Source: a virus
Lineage: Duplodnaviria; Caudoviricetes
DNA length: 52,661 bases
Virus record (IMG/VR): IMGVR_UViG_3300009537_000014
Span: 1-52,661 of that record
Strand: one strand, 5' to 3'
Shown: positions 37,774 through 47,091 of the stretch, in pieces
Layout: every line of letters starts with the position of its first letter
Position numbering within the stretch: the stretch's first letter is position 1
Translations under genes and position numbers: made by a program
The notes under the pieces: model-generated
What the model saw: the letters and a program-made list of their open reading frames with translations, nothing else
What the model was told of the DNA's origin: nothing
The model's database searches: none

Positions 37774-38540
37774 TGGACTTCACCAAGGTAGGTAACAAGA
37801 TAGATAGGGGTATAGCTATCTTAGTTTACTCTGACCCTGGGAAGGGAAAGACCACATGTTCAGCCACCCTGCCACCCGGAGAGACCTTGTTCGTGAACGT
37901 TGAGGCCGGACTTGGCCCTCTCCTTGGGACTGGGCATGTGGTATTTCCTGCCGTTGGGTACGATCCTGATTGGTTAGTGGACGTTGATAAGCTATACGAG
38001 ATCCTGCGGACTACCGAGCATCCTTTTAAGTATGTGGTCTTTGATAACATCTCTGAGTATGAGCAGAAGGTTATCCTAGGGCTTACAGAAAAGAGGGGCA
38101 AGGAAACCCCTGAGCTGAGAGAGTATGGTGACTCGTCTTATAGAGTACGGGAGATTATAAGACTATATAGAGACCTCGTACTTAAAGGCATCACTGTTGT
38201 CTTCAATGCATGGGAGTTTCCCCTGGACATCAAGAACGATCAGGGAGGGATTATTACCAAGACCTTCCCTAAGCTAGGCAAGAAGATAGCCCCTGAGATA
38301 TGTGGGATCGTTGATGTGGTAGCCAGGCTGGAAGTACACGAGAAGAGTGGCAGGCGTTGGCTTAGGCTTGGGCCATCGGATCAGTACATTACGAAGACCC
38401 AGTTCAAAGGGCTAGAGAGTGGGGAGCCTGCGGACATGCCTGCGCTCTTAGAGAAGATATACTCGTACGACTACGGGGATGCATTAGAAGAGACGGTAGA
38501 GGCAGAGGTAGGTAAGCTGAAAGGAGGAAAGAAAAAGTGA
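37773..38540 (+). CDS. Sak4-like AAA ATPase / single-strand annealing protein
   Basis: ILVYSDPGKGKTT, VVFDNISE; lies between nuclease and SSB genes. Confidence 0.8.
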   Translation: MDFTKVGNKIDRGIAILVYSDPGKGKTTCSATLPPGETLFVNVEAGLGPLLGTGHVVFPAVGYDPDWLVDVDKLYEILRTTEHPFKYVVFDNISEYEQKVILGLTEKRGKETPELREYGDSSYRVREIIRLYRDLVLKGITVVFNAWEFPLDIKNDQGGIITKTFPKLGKKIAPEICGIVDVVARLEVHEKSGRRWLRLGPSDQYITKTQFKGLESGEPADMPALLEKIYSYDYGDALEETVEAEVGKLKGGKKK

Positions 38541-38731
38541 GTCTAGACTACCAACTTACACATCCTTTAAGGAGCAGTATGTGTCTAGCTTCAGTTCTTA
38601 GACCGCTCATTAAGTATGATGAGCCTTATAAGATAAAGAAAGATAAGTTCGGTAACTATACAGTATGGACATCGGGGAATCATAGGATAAAAGAAACACC
38701 AAGAGGGAGGAAGAAGGTATGGCAGTCATAG
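38537..38731 (+). CDS. hypothetical protein
   Basis: GTGA overlap, RBS GGAGG. Confidence 0.5.
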   Translation: MSLDYQLTHPLRSSMCLASVLRPLIKYDEPYKIKKDKFGNYTVWTSGNHRIKETPRGRKKVWQS

Positions 38732-39171
38732 ATTGGGAGAAGGAAGGTAAGAGTAAGTATGATACGTATCCTACTGGTACGTATAAGGTAGAGATAACGG
38801 GGTGGGAAAAGACGGTGGCTCAGAACGAGAAGAAGACACCACAGGTACGGTGGTTTGGGGAGATTAAGGAACCTGCACAGTACAAGGGCAAGTCTATAGT
38901 GGACCACACGGCTCTTACTGAGAAGGCTTTATGGCGTATAGCAACGCTTGTAAAGGCAGCAGGGATTGACCTGAGTGTGTTACCTAAGATGGATACAGAG
39001 TCTCCTATGTTTAAGAACCTGTTGGATAAGGTGGTGCATAGGCGTATGTATTGGTTGGTGCAGTATGATGAACAGTATAAGAACAACAAGGTTGAGGATT
39101 ATATCCCTGATGAGGATCAGCCGAAGTTGTCAGCGGAGGTGGATGCAGACGATCCTTCGTGTCCGTTCTGA
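38719..39171 (+). CDS. single-stranded DNA-binding protein (DUF669-like)
   Basis: YDTYPTGTYKVEI, ALWRI..LVKAAG, acidic tail ending DDPSCPF. Confidence 0.75.
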   Translation: MAVIDWEKEGKSKYDTYPTGTYKVEITGWEKTVAQNEKKTPQVRWFGEIKEPAQYKGKSIVDHTALTEKALWRIATLVKAAGIDLSVLPKMDTESPMFKNLLDKVVHRRMYWLVQYDEQYKNNKVEDYIPDEDQPKLSAEVDADDPSCPF

Positions 39172-39189
39172 GTAAGTAGGAATAGAAAG

Positions 39190-39417
39190 TCGGGATAGTA
39201 TCGGGATAGTATCGGGACAGTGTCATGCAGGGATTTTACAAAGAAAGAAAAGAAAGTAACAAAGAAAAGAAAGAAAGCATCGAGGAGGCTACTTTCTTTT
39301 ATCTACTATGTTAGCATACATGCTATACATATATACATGTATGCTTACTAGTAGTATGTACTGTGGATAACCTGTTTGACCAACAATACAACTACTTTGT
39401 GGATAAGTTGTGGATAA
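39190..39417 (+). promoter_or_regulatory. replication origin: 11-bp iterons, A-tract, AT-rich palindrome, three DnaA boxes
   Basis: TCGGGATAGTA x2 + TCGGGACAGTG; AGCATACATG..CATGTATGCT; TGTGGATAA at 39362, 39398, 39409. Confidence 0.75.
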
Positions 39418-39420
39418 CCT

Positions 39421-40071
39421 GTGAAGTACTTCAAACATGATGTTGGGGCGCAGAGAGACTTAAAACTTAGATTAGTTCTTAGGGAGTTTGGGCCAGAAGG
39501 TGTAGGTATATACTGGATGTTGGTTGAAATGTTGGCAGATGAAAGATTACTCTCTATTAACATGAAGAAGATGCCAGTAGAGATGATGGCAGACGAGCTG
39601 AGGATTACTGCGGAGCGGTTGAGGACGGTGTTACACTATATGCTTGAGATAAATTTGTTCTCCAAAGACTCTTGGGAGAATGATGTTTTATACTCGCCTG
39701 CCTTAGAGACTAGGGTTGATGAGTATACCCAGAGGACTATAAAGAAAAAGGGTGGGAGTGTTCCGCCTCAAGAGTTGCCAGTAGTACATGAGTTTATAGA
39801 GTATTGGAATAAGAGCGGGATGCTAGGAATAAGCAAGATTACCCCCGAGAGAAGGGCAAAGCTACTGACTAGGCTCAAGTCTGAGCACTTCAGAGATACT
39901 TGGAGGACAGCTGTAGACCGCTTGAGTAAATCATCGTGGATGAATGGTAGGAACGAGAAGGGTTTTAGGGTTTCAGTGGAGTGGTTTATTAATAATGATA
40001 CTAACTATGTGAAAGCTTTGGAGGGTAAGTACGATGACCGAACCAAAGAAGACAGATTCAGCAAGTATTAA
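39421..40071 (+). CDS. replication initiator (DUF4373/Lin1244-like N-terminal domain)
   Basis: YFKHD...D.KL...FGPEGVGIYWMLVEML; C-terminal WN...WMNGRN..GF....W....NY.KALEGKY. Confidence 0.8.
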   Translation: MKYFKHDVGAQRDLKLRLVLREFGPEGVGIYWMLVEMLADERLLSINMKKMPVEMMADELRITAERLRTVLHYMLEINLFSKDSWENDVLYSPALETRVDEYTQRTIKKKGGSVPPQELPVVHEFIEYWNKSGMLGISKITPERRAKLLTRLKSEHFRDTWRTAVDRLSKSSWMNGRNEKGFRVSVEWFINNDTNYVKALEGKYDDRTKEDRFSKY

Positions 40072-40184
40072 CCCTCAGTGGAAAGGTCATACGCTAGCCT
40101 CGCATGGGGTGCAGGTTAGCAAGAAGCGGTACAGGTACAAGATCGTAGGAGGGAAGTTGATAGAGGAAGACCTAATCACTGGGG

Positions 40185-40709
40185 TTGTCAGACCGTACAG
40201 GGAGCATACAAGTGGAGATAAACTGGGCAGCTGAGGGGGTAGATACTAGAGTTGTAAAGAGGTGTGGTGAGTTGAGGAAGGCTGAGCTTAAACCAGAGCT
40301 GTTGGAGTTGGAGCTGGCTAGGTTGTCGTTGGAGTTCTTGGAGGAGTTCCACTATGAAGAGCCTCCCGATGTCCCTAAGACATTGGAGCAATTCCATAGG
40401 GACAAGGACTCGGATGAGTGGTACAAGAAGACACCGCAGGAGAAGACGGATATAATCAAGCGTATCTTCGATAAGCAGGTTGTCAAAGACTACTTCGAGA
40501 AGTGTGGGCATGTAGCGGCCAGGAATCTATCCAACGTTAAAGCGTTGGAGGGGTTCATCTTTAGTTTTATGAAGGCAGAGGACAAGGTTAGTGGTATGAA
40601 GGTGTGGAAGGTGTACCAAGAGTACCCAAACGTCTTATCGTATACGGGGGAGAAGGTTGTCTGGAGGAAGATACGTGACTTTCGCAAGAGGCTTCAGCAA
40701 AGAGGTTAA
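40185..40709 (+). CDS. hypothetical protein (start uncertain)
   Basis: 174-aa ORF downstream of the initiator. Confidence 0.5.
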   Translation: MSDRTGSIQVEINWAAEGVDTRVVKRCGELRKAELKPELLELELARLSLEFLEEFHYEEPPDVPKTLEQFHRDKDSDEWYKKTPQEKTDIIKRIFDKQVVKDYFEKCGHVAARNLSNVKALEGFIFSFMKAEDKVSGMKVWKVYQEYPNVLSYTGEKVVWRKIRDFRKRLQQRG

Positions 40710-40986
40710 GGAGGAGATATATGAAGCGCAGTCTGGTGTGTGCGGTACTAGCGGTTGTCTCAATGGCGTTACTGACTATCATCATAAGCTTGCCAATACC
40801 AAAGGGAATAGACGATTATATCCGTATCTCATTGGGTCTGTTTTTAATTGCGTTGGCTTGTGTAGGTCTTGCCATACTAATCTTAGTCACTTGCATCGAG
40901 TGTCTCCATCGCTCGCAAATGTATACGAACATGCGCTTGAATCCGCCTCCGCAGTCTCAACTTGCTACTCCCGTGTCAGCAGCTAG
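40675..40986 (+). CDS. HNH-like nuclease
   Basis: GVCGTSGC...DYHH...NCVGLCRSCH. Confidence 0.65.
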   Translation: MTFARGFSKEVKEEIYEAQSGVCGTSGCLNGVTDYHHKLANTKGNRRLYPYLIGSVFNCVGLCRSCHTNLSHLHRVSPSLANVYEHALESASAVSTCYSRVSS

Positions 40987-41008
40987 TCTTCAAAGTCTTC
41001 AAGGCTTG

Positions 41009-41158
41009 ATGCCTATGCAGCCGACCAGTAGGGTTTATTTAGAGATGTTGGAGAAACTTAAGAGTCCTGAAGCGAAGAAAGCTAAGACAGAAGACCCGTT
41101 AAGAGAGGCTATAGAAAAAGCAGTAGAGGAGAATACAAATGGCTACAACCACAGGTAA
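41009..41158 (+). CDS. small protein with shared C-terminal helix (start uncertain)
   Basis: 3' part of ORF 40721-41158; ends DPLREAIEKAVEE. Confidence 0.45.
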   Translation: MPMQPTSRVYLEMLEKLKSPEAKKAKTEDPLREAIEKAVEENTNGYNHR

Positions 41159-41366
41159 TTGTAGTTGGTACTATCTTGATCCAGCTCAGATGGATATACC
41201 AGGTGCGTTATGGATAGCAAATGGGACGACAACGACTGGAACATGGACGACAGGGCAGGCACAACAGATGTCTGATATACCTGGTATGCAGCAGTACGCA
41301 CCTGATACCCGTGATGAACTGCAACGTACCATAGATGAGGAGGTTAAGAAGCTTAATGGCACATAA
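41139..41366 (+). CDS. small protein with shared C-terminal helix
   Basis: RBS GAGGAG; ends DELQRTIDEEVKKL. Confidence 0.55.
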   Translation: MATTTGNCSWYYLDPAQMDIPGALWIANGTTTTGTWTTGQAQQMSDIPGMQQYAPDTRDELQRTIDEEVKKLNGT

Positions 41367-41544
41367 TAATGCGAAGCCTTATAGACATAAGACTTACAGC
41401 CAGGGGTTTACTATTAGTAAAGAGCTTATCGCTGAGACTCCTGGGTGGAGAAAGAAGAAGACAAAGGAATTTATCAAGAAGCACCCTAAGCCTATGGACC
41501 CGGTACGGGAAGCTATCGAGAGAGAGGTTAAACTACTACGATGA
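41356..41544 (+). CDS. small basic protein with shared C-terminal helix
   Basis: Ends DPVREAIEREVKLLR. Confidence 0.55.
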   Translation: MAHNNAKPYRHKTYSQGFTISKELIAETPGWRKKKTKEFIKKHPKPMDPVREAIEREVKLLR

Positions 41545-41984
41545 GTACATCATGGAAGGAGGCGGAGCGAGAGGTGGCAGACTTCTTTGGAGGGACTCGC
41601 AGGGTGCGTATCTCCTACAGCGAGGAGATAGGAGACATTATACATCCTCGTCTGTCTATTGAGGTTAAGTATGGGAAGTGTATACCCAAGTACCTGCGGG
41701 TAAAGGACCCAACGGTTCTATCTACTGGAGATGACAAGCTTTACTACCTGATTCCATCTATGGAGCTGGACAGGTTGGGGATAATTGAGCCTTCATGTAA
41801 CAAGTTGGCGGGGCTTGCTTACAGGATAATGCAGAAGAAGAAGTGCGTGTTTTTAGATAAGGCTATGAAGCAGGCGACGAGATATAACCCAACGCTTATA
41901 CCGTTGGTTTGTGTTAAGGCCAAGGGTATGAAAGGGTTTGTAGCTATATGGGGGGAGGATTACAGTGGAACTATTGACAGTTAA
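41541..41984 (+). CDS. PD-(D/E)XK nuclease, Holliday junction resolvase-like
   Basis: SWKEAEREVADFFGG.R....GDI...SIEVKY. Confidence 0.7.
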   Translation: MSTSWKEAEREVADFFGGTRRVRISYSEEIGDIIHPRLSIEVKYGKCIPKYLRVKDPTVLSTGDDKLYYLIPSMELDRLGIIEPSCNKLAGLAYRIMQKKKCVFLDKAMKQATRYNPTLIPLVCVKAKGMKGFVAIWGEDYSGTIDS

Positions 41985-42129
41985 ACAGTTTGCAGAGTGG
42001 GTTAGGTTAAACCCTGTGACTGTATATAGATTGGTTAAAGACAACAAGATACCATATACAAAAGTGGGTGGTCAGATACGTATCATTATGGATCTAGTGG
42101 AGGAGCAATGGCTAGCCCACTGGAGGTGA
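41965..42129 (+). CDS. excisionase-like HTH DNA-binding protein (54 aa, not in ORF track)
   Basis: LLTVKQFAEWVRLNPVTVYRLVKDNKIPYTKVGGQIRI; RBS GGAGG. Confidence 0.75.
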   Translation: MELLTVKQFAEWVRLNPVTVYRLVKDNKIPYTKVGGQIRIIMDLVEEQWLAHWR

Positions 42130-42133
42130 AGAA

Positions 42134-42325
42134 ATGGTCCGCAATAAGTCTGTGGAAATGTATTACTGCGTCAACCCCACGCACCCTACAACATATGTCT
42201 TTGCTGGGAAGACTTGTCCGGTGTGTAACTGGAAGGGCGAGAAGGATAGGAGAGTAGATGGACATTCAGATAACGTTAACGTACAAAGGCGGAAGAAAAC
42301 ATCTGATGAGAGTGTATCGAGCTGA
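42134..42325 (+). CDS. small zinc-ribbon protein
   Basis: YYC...H ... CPVC; RBS GGAGGTG. Confidence 0.5.
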   Translation: MVRNKSVEMYYCVNPTHPTTYVFAGKTCPVCNWKGEKDRRVDGHSDNVNVQRRKKTSDESVSS

Positions 42326-42588
42326 CGAATGGGGTATGAGGAGGGCCTGCCGTTGGCTTGTGTGCATGTTCAGGAAAGTTCAGGCTCAAGAGGTTGTGGA
42401 TGCCGCTGAGAAGATCAAGGATGGTGAGGAATGACAATACTAACTTGGATAGTTGGGACAGGTATCATAATAACTATAGGTATTCTTATTATGGGTGGCC
42501 TATATATACTTGGGTTAAGAGAGATTTATCAAAGTAAACGGAGTATCTTTAACAAGAAGACAAGAGACAAGATTGCGAGGAAGGTTAA

Positions 42589-43101
42589 ATGAACAAAGAA
42601 GAGCTAGCCGTTGGGTTCATCATCGCGGGAGCCTGGATTGTGTTTTTAAAGGCTTGGTTATACTTAGCCTTTCCATTGGTTGCTTTCTTGTGGGCTCTAG
42701 GTGGTTCTGAGGACAAGAGTTACAGACGGTATGGTGTGCCGGGTGTATTAATAGGTTGTATACTACTAGCTGGAGGTTGGAATACCTGGCTACTGGCATC
42801 AGCCGTTGGGTTAATCGCAGTGCTCTCTATGGGTTACGGGATCCCAACATGGGATCAGAACAACGTTAACATAGATGAAGGTAGCTTCTTAGGTCGTATA
42901 TGTTACAAGCTGGTGGGTGGTAAACCTGCTTACTGGGATACGAATTCACAAGAGAAGGCAACAATGTTATGTCGTGGGTTCGTTGGAGCCCTGATAGCGT
43001 TGGCGTTGGTACCTCTAGCATGGGTCAGCCTCGGTGGTTGGATATTCGGGGCGATTACATGCGCCATCGGTTATCCGCTCGTGGTGAAGATCGTTGAGTG
43101 A
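42589..43101 (+). CDS. polytopic membrane protein
   Basis: About 5 hydrophobic helices. Confidence 0.7.
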   Translation: MNKEELAVGFIIAGAWIVFLKAWLYLAFPLVAFLWALGGSEDKSYRRYGVPGVLIGCILLAGGWNTWLLASAVGLIAVLSMGYGIPTWDQNNVNIDEGSFLGRICYKLVGGKPAYWDTNSQEKATMLCRGFVGALIALALVPLAWVSLGGWIFGAITCAIGYPLVVKIVE

Positions 43102-43291
43102 ACGCAATCGTAAGCTTATAGAAGGTGATGGGTGGATGAGTATCTTCATAAGTGGAGACCATGTCTACCAAGACGGTAGGAAGGTAGACTGTCTCAACTT
43201 TGAAGGTGTTCTCTATGATGTGGGTGACCGACCTAAGGATGTGGAGCTACATTTGAGGAAGAGAGGTAGGAAGGCTAGGTCATGGGACTAA
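43094..43291 (+). CDS. hypothetical protein
   Basis: Last + strand ORF before the terminator. Confidence 0.5.
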   Translation: MSERNRKLIEGDGWMSIFISGDHVYQDGRKVDCLNFEGVLYDVGDRPKDVELHLRKRGRKARSWD

Positions 43292-43350
43292 AAAAGGGGG
43301 AGAACCTACCGGGAATCCCGGTAATTCCCCCCCCCTCCTCTTTTCTTTTG
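43290..43350. terminator. bidirectional terminator between convergent blocks
   Basis: AAAAAA-GGGGGAGAA..TACCGGG-AAT-CCCGGTA.TTCCCCCC..TTTTCTTTT. Confidence 0.75.
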
Positions 43351-43362
43351 AGTTAATAGAAC

Positions 43363-43566
43363 TTAGAGGCTCTTTAACTCTTGCTTCAACTTGGCGATCT
43401 TCTTCTTAATGATCGTTGCCTTTCGACAGCTCTCAGTAGGCCTAAGAACAAGCCTCTTTTTCTCTCTCCAGATAGGGACTTCTCTTCCCTTGTAGAGATT
43501 AGTGATCTGCCTCTTCGATAGATAGAGAACCCCGTCCTCTATTACCATGCGACCCATGTGCATCAC
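43363..43566 (-). CDS. basic hypothetical protein
   Basis: RBS GGAGGTG; coupled ORF. Confidence 0.55.
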   Translation of the reverse strand: MMHMGRMVIEDGVLYLSKRQITNLYKGREVPIWREKKRLVLRPTESCRKATIIKKKIAKLKQELKSL

Positions 43567-43820
43567 CTCCCTTGTTTAGATTTTTCTCTTGCAATACGTC
43601 TTAATTTATTTCTGGTTGTTCGCTCTCTCTGTCTGGCGTACTTACCAGACTTCTTATTACGAGCAAGCGTTTCATCTTCTTTGAACCTTTGCTCATTGGA
43701 GCACCTTCTTAACCTTATGAAGGAATATAAGTGTTGGAATGGCGAATGTAACCGCAAAGAAGTGAACTCCCGGTTCCACTCTTTCAACCAAACACATGTA
43801 TGAGTTGGATATTGCTCCAA
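43563..43820 (-). CDS. basic hypothetical protein (start uncertain)
   Basis: Packed ORF on the - strand. Confidence 0.4.
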   Translation of the reverse strand: MEQYPTHTCVWLKEWNREFTSLRLHSPFQHLYSFIRLRRCSNEQRFKEDETLARNKKSGKYARQRERTTRNKLRRIAREKSKQGR

Positions 43821-43859
43821 TGTACAACCAGACTATCGAGTACCACCATAGGAACTTCA

Positions 43860-44093
43860 TTATCTACCTCCTTTCAGGTATTGGATTTCCTCTTCTACTA
43901 CTCTTTTTAACGGGTCGATGAAGTATAATTCCCACTCAGCTTGTCTTTCCCAACGGTTCTTTTTTAGTACGAAGCCTTCGTTCGCAGACATGAAGCCGCA
44001 TTTATCGTATTCCTGCATACCAGGAACCGACTTGACTGTATCTGCTTGACGGTGGTCGTTTTTCAATCGAACATGGTCTCCAGCTTTAAACAA
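43860..44093 (-). CDS. SH3/KOW-like small protein with shared C-terminal helix
   Basis: Probable TTG start after GGAGG; FKAGDHVRL; ends DPLKRVVEEEIQYL. Confidence 0.55.
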   Translation of the reverse strand: MFKAGDHVRLKNDHRQADTVKSVPGMQEYDKCGFMSANEGFVLKKNRWERQAEWELYFIDPLKRVVEEEIQYLKGGR

Positions 44094-44742
44094 GCTTGAT
44101 CCTCCCTGTTGCCTTGGGCTTGGGCATTGGTACGTCATCTGGCTTACCTTCTTGTAGGTGCTGAAAGGCTTTCTCTTCTTTAAATACACCGATCTCTAGC
44201 CCCCATTTACCATTGATCTCAACGGCTCTGACATAACCGTCACTGGCTACGAACCCTCTACTTGCAGGGCAGAACTCACCTCTTGCAACCTGCTTGGTCT
44301 GGCGTAGATAATCCCATAGCTTATACATCTGGGATTGGTTACGCTTGACCGCTCTCTGCCTGTCGATGTCCTTCTTCATCCCATCATCATCCGCATAGAC
44401 TTCATAATATGCAGAGATAATATAGTTATCCGTATAGTTGGCTTCAGGCTGGTAGCCTTCTATCGTGAACTGTTTGGTCTGACTCAGCTCGGATACCTCT
44501 TGATCTCCTGCGAAGAATGACAACTCATCCTTCCCATACTGCTGTCCTTGGTCATCTACCCACGCTTTCTGGGTAGACCCCTGACCCAACACCTTGCCTT
44601 GATACAGAGTCTTGTACTTGACCTCCGTACCAGTCGAAGTCTTGGCTACGATCTCTGGCTTCTTTGCCTTGGCGAGATTGTCATATCTGGCATTGAAACC
44701 AATGTCACTTCCGTTTGTTATGTTTAGCTTGTAGCTTGACAC
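44086..44742 (-). CDS. divergent Ku-like DNA end-binding protein
   Basis: GTG start after GGAGG; TKQFTIEGY..E.NY...IISAYYEV.AD and MYKLWDYLRQTKQVARGEF resemble the bacterial Ku core. Confidence 0.5.
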   Translation of the reverse strand: MSSYKLNITNGSDIGFNARYDNLAKAKKPEIVAKTSTGTEVKYKTLYQGKVLGQGSTQKAWVDDQGQQYGKDELSFFAGDQEVSELSQTKQFTIEGYQPEANYTDNYIISAYYEVYADDDGMKKDIDRQRAVKRNQSQMYKLWDYLRQTKQVARGEFCPASRGFVASDGYVRAVEINGKWGLEIGVFKEEKAFQHLQEGKPDDVPMPKPKATGRIKLV

Positions 44743-45103
44743 GTTTCCTCCTTGCTCTTCCGAATTGTTTCGGGTTGATCTCAAAGATATAGTGCCCACC
44801 ACGCCTTGATTGTTCCCAACAGAATATCCAGAAGAACGTCCTTTCGAGTTCTGCAATCTGTTCCTCGTGACCAGACCATCCTCCTGTACTGTAATACAAC
44901 TTCACCACAATTCTATCAAAGTCATCACAGTGAAGCGCATAATCGAAACCGAAGAAACTTCCCCATCGGTGGTTATCCTCAAGGATATTAAGAAGTCTCT
45001 TTAGATTCTTGAGCGACATGTGGAACTTGGGACCTCCGATACGCCACTTTCTTATCTCTCTGAGACATTCTGCTGTTGGATATCCATCACTTCTCTTTTT
45101 CAT
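44705..45103 (-). CDS. conserved-looking phage hypothetical protein
   Basis: DGYPT..CL..I..W ... STGGWSGHEE.I..L....FW..CWEQSRRGGHYIFE; RBS GGAGGAG. Confidence 0.65.
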   Translation of the reverse strand: MKKRSDGYPTAECLREIRKWRIGGPKFHMSLKNLKRLLNILEDNHRWGSFFGFDYALHCDDFDRIVVKLYYSTGGWSGHEEQIAELERTFFWIFCWEQSRRGGHYIFEINPKQFGRARRKRVKLQAKHNKRK

Positions 45104-45119
45104 GCTTCTCCTCCTTCGC

Positions 45120-45300
45120 TACTGCATGCACCCTCTGGCCCACTCACTGGTCCACTCGTGCTTGCTTCTACGCAAGCACTCGCCACCCACATCAAGCGGT
45201 GTGGGTTGTCTGCTCGCATGGCACATCTCCATGCCATGCTCGCCCGTTCGCTCGCCAACGGGTGCACCGCATCCGCTCAGTCGTCCAAGCATGTCATGTG
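45120..45300 (-). other. GC-rich intergenic multi-hairpin element
   Basis: At least four hairpins, two flanked by tandem GA/GA mismatches. Confidence 0.5.
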
Positions 45301-45313
45301 AGGACATGAGACA

Positions 45314-46822
45314 TTAATCCTCAAGGGTTACCATAATAGCCTCCAATAAGATCTGGTCAGCAGTCTCTTTAGCCAGGATGTTCATGTCTCCACAGATTTC
45401 AGTAACGAATGTCCCAGTTACTTCTGCTCCTACTCCTACGACCATTACTCTTACATCGTGACCATGCTTGATGATTCTGTCTTGTACCGCTTCTACTTCT
45501 CTCTTATGTACATCTCCATCAGTGAATACGATAACGATCCTCTTGCCATCTAGTTCTGGATCATTAACAAGCTCATCATGCACTACAGCAAACGCGCTTT
45601 CTAGATTGGTTCCTCCTGATGTCCTGAGATACTCCTTCTCCCAGTTCTCTTTGCTTAATGGATGATAGTTTCCAGTAAAGCCAGCGATAGACCAGTCTAC
45701 GCTTAGTCCTTCCAACTGTTCTAACTCTGCGAGGATCTTAACAAGCTCCTTGGCGCATCCACATACTGCACTTTTCCTGCTCTTACCATCCAGAAGAGCT
45801 GTGTCCATTGATCCTGAGCCATCTAACAAGAGCTTGATTCTGCTCTTCTTCTTACGGATTATTTGTTCTTCATGGAACAGCTCGTCTATATCACCTGTCA
45901 GATATGCTGGAAGATTATCCGTGTTGAGATCTTCTCCCATTGGGATGCGTCTGACCTCTTTGATATTGAGCATTGCTTTGAATCTCTCTCTGGTAAGCTC
46001 CTGCAGGGCTACCTCTCCCATCTCAGCGTTACCGACCGTTGTTCCCTCTCCTGGTTTGAGCCCAAACACTTGCTTTGCGTTTGGTTTAAGATCGCTTAGA
46101 TCTGTGGTACCGAGGGTCCCCTTGCCTCCACACACCTTACAGGAGGTGCCGTTGGTGTCTTTGCCTGTACCATTACAGGCTGGACAGGGGTGTGCATCCC
46201 CTCCCGTGGCAGACAAGGGGACTTTCGGCAACTTATCTAGGCCAAAGATCTTCATTAATTCTTCAATCTTATCTTTCAAGCCACCCCAGTTTTCCATCTC
46301 AATATCATCGATTGCCATCTCTACTTTGTGGTGGATGTTGTGCTTATCTGCGAACTCTTCTGCCTCCCTGTCCTTGATGTGACCTTCTCTTAACCCTTCA
46401 AGTTCATAGATTGTATTGACGAGCACCTTCTTGTGGAGAGGGACTTCCTCCATCTTAACTTTCTTTCGATGCTCTACATCATAGGCTACGCCACGCTTAT
46501 AGAACTCGTGGATATTGGGCAACAGTTGGAAGTTATGCCTATCGATTCTTACGTCTTCGATGGCATTCAGTACACCATGCGCTATCTGGTTATCTTGAGT
46601 AACCTCTTTGACAGGGATGCCTCCCGTATACCTTACATGCCCTGCTTCATGCATGAGATGTGACAGGCTGGCAAACGCATCCTTCTCTTCTACATTGCTG
46701 GGTAAGATAATGTGCTTGGTCTGCATGTCCACGCATGGGGTGACATCTGGTTTGAACTCAACCGTCACCCCTGTCGTTCTTCCAATCCACTTGGCTAGGA
46801 TCTCGTATGTTTTGGCATTCAC
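45314..46822 (-). CDS. vWA-domain protein with N-terminal metallopeptidase-like domain (CobT-like MoxR partner)
   Basis: HEAGH and LNAIEDVRID; CPACNGTG/CKVCGGKG zinc finger; MIDAS LLDGSGSM, GGTNL, VFTDG. Confidence 0.85.
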   Translation of the reverse strand: MNAKTYEILAKWIGRTTGVTVEFKPDVTPCVDMQTKHIILPSNVEEKDAFASLSHLMHEAGHVRYTGGIPVKEVTQDNQIAHGVLNAIEDVRIDRHNFQLLPNIHEFYKRGVAYDVEHRKKVKMEEVPLHKKVLVNTIYELEGLREGHIKDREAEEFADKHNIHHKVEMAIDDIEMENWGGLKDKIEELMKIFGLDKLPKVPLSATGGDAHPCPACNGTGKDTNGTSCKVCGGKGTLGTTDLSDLKPNAKQVFGLKPGEGTTVGNAEMGEVALQELTRERFKAMLNIKEVRRIPMGEDLNTDNLPAYLTGDIDELFHEEQIIRKKKSRIKLLLDGSGSMDTALLDGKSRKSAVCGCAKELVKILAELEQLEGLSVDWSIAGFTGNYHPLSKENWEKEYLRTSGGTNLESAFAVVHDELVNDPELDGKRIVIVFTDGDVHKREVEAVQDRIIKHGHDVRVMVVGVGAEVTGTFVTEICGDMNILAKETADQILLEAIMVTLED

Positions 46823-47079
46823 TTGCTACCATTCTCCTGCGGTTGGACTGCCCATTCATAATAGGTAATGCCCTTCCAAGGCTTACCGTTCTTGAACCCT
46901 TTGTGTACACTGATGTTCCCGCCTGGTGCAGGGATATCAATAGCCATCCTGGTCTTGCCCTCTTCGAGCCATGTTAAGAACTTGTCCCTCTCGATGTTGA
47001 TACGGAACACGTCCTTGTTCTTCTTGGTTGTGGTAAGGAATGCCCTCGGCATCCTCGGTCTTGCATATTGCTGACTCAT
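46819..47079 (-). CDS. hypothetical basic protein
   Basis: RBS AGGGAG; lies between MoxR and vWA genes. Confidence 0.6.
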   Translation of the reverse strand: MSQQYARPRMPRAFLTTTKKNKDVFRINIERDKFLTWLEEGKTRMAIDIPAPGGNISVHKGFKNGKPWKGITYYEWAVQPQENGSK

Positions 47080-47091
47080 ATATCTCCCTTT

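Noticed and set aside
40721-41008. N-terminal membrane part of the 145-aa ORF
   Set aside because: It overlaps the HNH-like gene in another frame; only the 3' part is treated as probably real, although an upstream GGAGG means it cannot be fully excluded.
45009-45317. Several short ORFs on both strands
   Set aside because: Atypical composition; better explained as a structured non-coding element.
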